Under the pieces are notes generated by a model, which made no database searches, was not told the origin of the DNA, and saw only the letters and a list, made by a program, of their open reading frames with translations. This document shows positions 59,085 through 64,000 of a stretch of DNA of 64,000 bases, piece by piece; position 1 is the first letter of the stretch, and each line of letters begins with the position of its first letter. Made by a program: the position numbers and the translations under genes. Origin of the DNA: Heteronotia binoei (taxonomy: Eukaryota); assembly GCF_032191835.1 (NCBI RefSeq), contig NC_083234.1, forward strand, positions 27,776,001-27,840,000. The letters are read 5' to 3'.

Positions 59085-59260
59085 ATGAGCAGCCCAGTCT
59101 TGTCATAATGTGGAAGCTAAGTAACAGCTAGTACTTGGACCTCCAAGGAGGTCCAGCTCATTATGCAGAGGCAGGAAATGGCAGACCTCTTCTGAACATC
59201 TCTTGCCTTGAAAACCCTACAGGGTCACCATAAGTTGTCTGTGACTTGACAGCATTTTCC
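59085..59260 (+). mobile_element. Degraded 5S/Sauria-type SINE
   Basis: ggaagctaagt...tagtacttgga...gcagaggcaggaaatggcagacctc...tgtgacttgacagca. Confidence 0.55.
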
Positions 59261-60727
59261 ACCGCCACCAAAAATATCATTAATTGCTCCTTCATACCAC
59301 ATGCTACAGCCCCCAATTCTCTGGGTTTTCCTGGTCCACTTTTTCCACTCCCAGAGTAATTACCTAAACTCTACTGAAATGAAATGAAAGAGTGATTGAT
59401 GTGTTACCTGAAAGGCATGGGGATGATGCATTATGGCTTTCTATGCTGTTCAAGTAATATATGACTTACCCAAGGCTGTGATCTTAAGCTCACATTCGAT
59501 TTCTGAGTAAACATGATTAGGAATGGGCTCTAAAGGCTGTATCCTAATCTTATTTACTTGGAAGCAAGTCCTCTTGATGTCAGTGGGACCTTTTGAGGTG
59601 AACATAGAATTCTAAATAATGGTGACAAAAAACAACAGATGTTGTAAGTTTGAGAAGAGATGTCAGGTGATTTTTCTCCAATCACCCTGCAAGTGTCTCA
59701 ACCCACCATTACCAGTCCAGACGTAAAATTCAAGTGTGTGTTTGGATCCCTGTATAGATGGAGAGGAGCATGATTCAAACACGCTACTGGTAAATGCTTG
59801 ACAAAATGACAAAGTAAATATCCAGAAAGATAGTGTGCTGCTTGTAAGCAGAATTTTAAATATGTATGTATTTAGAGATTGTATATGTTGTCCACCAGAG
59901 ACATGCTGAAGGCAGCTTACAAAGTAAAATAGTACAACAAAATCATTCTCAAAAGTATAAATATTAATAACAAACCAATAAAACTCAGGGTCTAACAACA
60001 GCATAAAAACTGAAGGCAAATTAGTATAATTTGCAATTAGCAGACCTAAATATTTGTGCCTCTAATTACAATTATTAGGAGTAACGAGAGAGGTAAAACT
60101 TCACACTTGTTCCCTTTGTGGAGCTGCAAATGTAAACTGTGAATGTATCAAAGCCAACTCAAGTTTAGCATCCGTAAATTCTCCCAAGCAGCAAGGATTA
60201 TTGCAGATATCTCTGTTGTGCTTCCTGACTTTGCTTGCCTGGAAATTCATAACATTAACATTGTGGATATTGAATGTCCTAGAGCTTCTTTTTAATGGCA
60301 GAGAGAAGAAACGTGTATATGTGAAGCTGCCTTATACTGAGCCAGACCATCAGCCGTTCAAAGTCAGTACTCTGACTGGCAGTGATTGTCCAGGCAGGGT
60401 GTCAGGCAGAGGAAGGTCTTTTATTACTTAAAATATTTATATCCTGCCTATCCTTGTAGCTGGAGGCATCTTCAAAGTCACAGTTAAACATTACAATTTA
60501 AAACCTATAACCTGATGCTTTTATCTGGAAATGCCAGAATCTGGGAGCTTCAAGGCATCCAGGATTCTGTTAATTTCTGAGCTGGTTGAACAAGCTGCTT
60601 TCTTCCCCCACCCCAGTTTCCACTTTTGCTAGTATTCAGCTGCTCTCAAAACTCTGGAGCACTTTCAGCCCAGCAGGCTGCTTTTGTATGGTTTGATTTC
60701 TGAAATCATATTTTTTTGTGTATCTGG

Positions 60728-60944
60728 TAGTGTTGCCAGGTCTGTTGGAAAATACCTGAAAACTTTAGGGGTGGATGTGGGAGAGGGTGTGGTTTGAGGA
60801 GGGGAGGGGCCTCAGCATGATGCAATGCCATAGAGTCTACCCTTCAAGGCAGCCATTTTCCCCAGGGGAGCTGATTTCTGCCAGCTGGAGATTAGTTGTA
60901 AAAGTGAGAGATCCCCAGGCCCCACCTGGATGCTGGTAACCCTA
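60728..60944. mobile_element. TAGGGTTGCCA-family hAT MITE
   Basis: tagtgttgccagg / ctggtaacccta. TSD gtatctgg / gtacccgg (6 of 8). Confidence 0.7.
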
Positions 60945-61254
60945 GTACCCGGGGACTCCTTTAAAGATGTAGAGACCCTCTATGGTCTGAACATGGCCCA
61001 GTTTACAGCTTTCATTGCCCACATAAAAGCCAGCCAGCTTACTATAAGATATCGTAATGTTCATACTTGATTCACTTACTTGGAGGAGGTATGAGTTTTC
61101 ATAACTTGGGCTGTAAAATGTGCTATATTTGAGCATGCTAAAACAACAAGAATATGATAAAATATCAGCAGAACAAGAATGCTGTTTTCTGTTATGAGTC
61201 ATCCACCGCTTTTATGATGAACCGGCAGGTGTGGTAGAAGCCTATTAAAAGACA

Positions 61255-61408
61255 ATGTCTATTCCATTCTCCAACACCACTCAACGCATTCCTCGAGGAT
61301 TCGCAAATCTGCTGGAAGGGCTTGCCAGAGAAGTTTTGAGGAACCAGCCGCAAGACATACCATCCTTTGCTGCCAAGTATTTTGAAAATCTCCTAATCGA
61401 AAGAGAAA
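61255..61408 (+). CDS. SPA17: SPA17 first coding exon (RIIa-type docking domain); the gene continues beyond the window
   Basis: MSIPFSNTTQRIPRGFANLLEGLAREVLRNQPQDIPSFAAKYFENLLIERE; A|gtaagt. Acceptor ggcag| at 61228, so the exon starts at 61229. Confidence 0.95.
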
Positions 61409-61736
61409 GTAAGTATAACTAGCGCTGAGTTCACCCTCCCCCCCCCCTTGTGTGCACATATAAATCCTTCTTCTCCCTGCCTTAGAAAAGACTCATGAAG
61501 TTCAATCCTAAGTAAGTTTATTTAAACTCCCAAGCAGGACTGCAAACTGAATCTGTCCACCTCTGTTTTTTTCCAAGATCTGGAAAGGCTGTGAAATTTA
61601 TAGTATTTTTTCAGCGCTGTGACCTATTTAAGTTCTGGCCCTGTATCATGCCTTCTTTTGTTCCAATGAACACCAGTGTATTTACCCCCTAAGCCTGCAA
61701 GATCAAAGCATAAACACACATATTGTGCTATTTCAC

Positions 61737-61948
61737 TAGGATTGCCAACCTCCAGGTAGCTCCTGAGATCTGCTATTACAGTTGATCTCCAAATGAACAA
61801 GATCAATTCCCCTGGAGAAAATGGCTGCTTTGAGATATGGATTCTATGGCATTATGCCCTGCTGAAGTCTCTGCCCTCCCCAAACCCCATCCTCAGGCTC
61901 CACCCCCAAAATCCCCATGTATTTCCTAACCCAGAGCTAGCAATCCTA
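61737..61948. mobile_element. TAGGGTTGCCA-family hAT MITE
   Basis: taggattgccaacc / gctagcaatccta. Perfect 8-bp TSD tatttcac. Confidence 0.85.
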
Positions 61949-64000
61949 TATTTCACACAAACTCTATGTCTTGCCCCCCCCCACCACCAGGAAACTTATT
62001 ATGCCATACATGGGCCTCTCCCCTCCCTTTTTATACTCACAACAACTCTGTGTGGTAGGTCAGGCTGAGAGACGAACTGTCCATAGTTTGATTAGGGTGA
62101 TCTCCCCACAGGATCTGAACACAGGTCTTCTCAGTTTAAATCCTATACTGTCACCCTAGCAGCTTCCAGTACTCATTTTCAAACAAGCCACTTTTTAGCC
62201 TTCAGTTGTGGAGAGTAGATTGTAAGCATGTGGACATTGTCTGGTGAAGGACGTTGATAAAATCTGGCACTGATCAGGAGACAGAACTTGTCAAGTTTTG
62301 TCCAGTTATCTTCTACTGTAAGTCCCTACCTTTTAACATTCTTGTTATCGAACCACACTGATCCTGCCCATCCCGTCCTTTTTTTTATAATGTACCTTAC
62401 ACAACTCCATGCTAGAAAAAAATTCTTCCAAAACCCAAGTTTTTAAATTGTAGAATCTGTATTTCTTGGGGGCAGCAGGGAGTTATGGTATAAGAAGCAT
62501 AGATCTGTGAGATAGCTTTCTTATCCCTTGATGTTCAAGAATGGGCCAGGATATTGCTTGCCCTGACCTGGGCCCAAAAAACAGAGTTTTGCTGCCCTTT
62601 CCTATTTATGCCATCTTCCTTATATGCTATTGTTCAGGAATGGGGAAGATACTTGGTTGCTCCCCCAAAACAGTTCTACCGGCCCTGCTAATTTTATTCA
62701 TGGCCAGTTACCCCAACATTGTGACTAAACCGAGAAGAAAAGCCCCTTACGGTTTTAAGGGCCCTTCTTCATTTCAAACTCCTTAATCAGCCTGCGCATA
62801 CTGACTGATTTCATATTGTTGTGGCAGCTTTCTCTTTATAGCTCGGAGCTCTTGGTTCTCTGGGAAGAAGCTTGTGGTACGTTTTAGGAAGCAGTGGGCC
62901 AGAGGAAGCAATCCTGCTGATTTGCTAAGCTGCAAACATGTTTTTTAATTACAGGATGACTCACAGGCAAGATTGGAGCTTTCTGGCCTCTTGTTTGCTA
63001 TGCTCAGAGAAGGATAATGTTATGCAAGAAAAGGTAGTGAGTAGGGAATGTGCTGAGTGTGCAACAGAGACCATCGTTCAGTATCACACACAAACTGTGT
63101 GTGTGTTTCTGTTCTTGACTGGGCCTTAGCTGTAGGTAGAAATCTGTGGGTTTTATTTTTTTTTTGCTTGGAATAATTATATCTTGCAACGTTTGCAGAG
63201 CTTCAGAATGTCATGGGTGCTATATGTGGGGATGTTGCTAGGCACAGAGGGAGATAATTTCACTGCAAATAGTGCTGTACAAACTGGCAGCTGCACAACA
63301 GGATTTTGTGAATTCTCCCCCAAAATATTCTTCAGTTTATGTGGCTAACCTTAAGACTATGTAACGCAATGAAAAGAAACTGCATACTGGTCTGCTTTTG
63401 CAAGCAGCTTAATGCAATGGTGTTGTTTGGTGCCTAGAATGATAGATTAAGGAGATCAGAGGTCAGATCCCCACTCAGCTTAACCATGGTTGGCCCACGG
63501 TCATCCAGGAAACTTCACAGCTAACCTACCTCCCAAGATTGTTGTGAGAATAAAATGAGAGGGTGCGATATATGCTTCTCTGAGTTCTTTAGAGGAAGAA
63601 TGGAACAAAAATTTGGTAGCAGGTCAGCCTTTAATTTTTAAAAGGGCTAGTGAGTTTTTCTTTTTTTAAAAAAGCACAGACTCTTATATAAGACCAGAAA
63701 ATAAATTCTGTGCACTATCGTAACATTTAAAGGAGACAGGCAGTATAGGGCGCTGTTGCTTTTTAAAAGACTTACATTTTATTAATTTTTCATACATTAC
63801 AAACCAGAAATCATAACAAAACCCCCCACAATTAAATACGTGAACTGAAATTTACATAAATGTTAACAGTAATACGGTTTAACCCAATAGAACATAAAAT
63901 CTTTCTATTTATTAGGAAAAGCACTTATTTCTGATGAATCAGTGATATAGTAAAAAAAAACCCTAAACAATTTCTCAACAAAAGTATTACTCAGTTTTGA

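Noticed and set aside
61409-64000. Search for the next SPA17 exon (expected FDPAEWG...DRFYNNHAF)
   Set aside because: Not found. It presumably lies beyond the window.
1-64000. CRISPR arrays, prophage or other prokaryotic systems
   Set aside because: The DNA is vertebrate and intron-containing. No regular repeat-spacer array or bacterial-like gene block was seen.

Overview
Eukaryotic genomic DNA from a squamate reptile, probably a gecko (inferred from the SINE families), in a draft assembly with one 235-nt N gap. Four intron-containing genes were reconstructed by hand from GT-AG sites and protein similarity recalled from memory: RPUSD4 (+, 7 coding exons, 358 aa), PANX3 (+, 4 coding exons, 403 aa, possibly a short 5th exon), SIAE (-, 10 coding exons plus a putative non-coding first exon, 512 aa) and the first coding exon of SPA17 (+, runs off the window). 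There are two bidirectional CpG-island promoters: RPUSD4 with a minus-strand gene (probably FAM118B), and SIAE with SPA17. The rest is rich in repeats: Squam3-, Sauria-, 5S-derived and tRNA/CR1-tail SINEs, CR1, L1, Bov-B and Penelope fragments, hAT MITEs with 8-bp TSDs, and a 5.17-kb full-length but decayed DIRS1 retrotransposon. I found no wholly new multi-gene system. The best leads are splice-level: a duplicated decoy acceptor ahead of PANX3 exon 4, an SIAE signal peptide on a skippable cassette exon, an inverted SINE pair bracketing an in-frame 918-nt SIAE exon block, an ambiguous SIAE acceptor, and the intact DIRS1 terminal architecture. Most short ORFs in the supplied track are noise.
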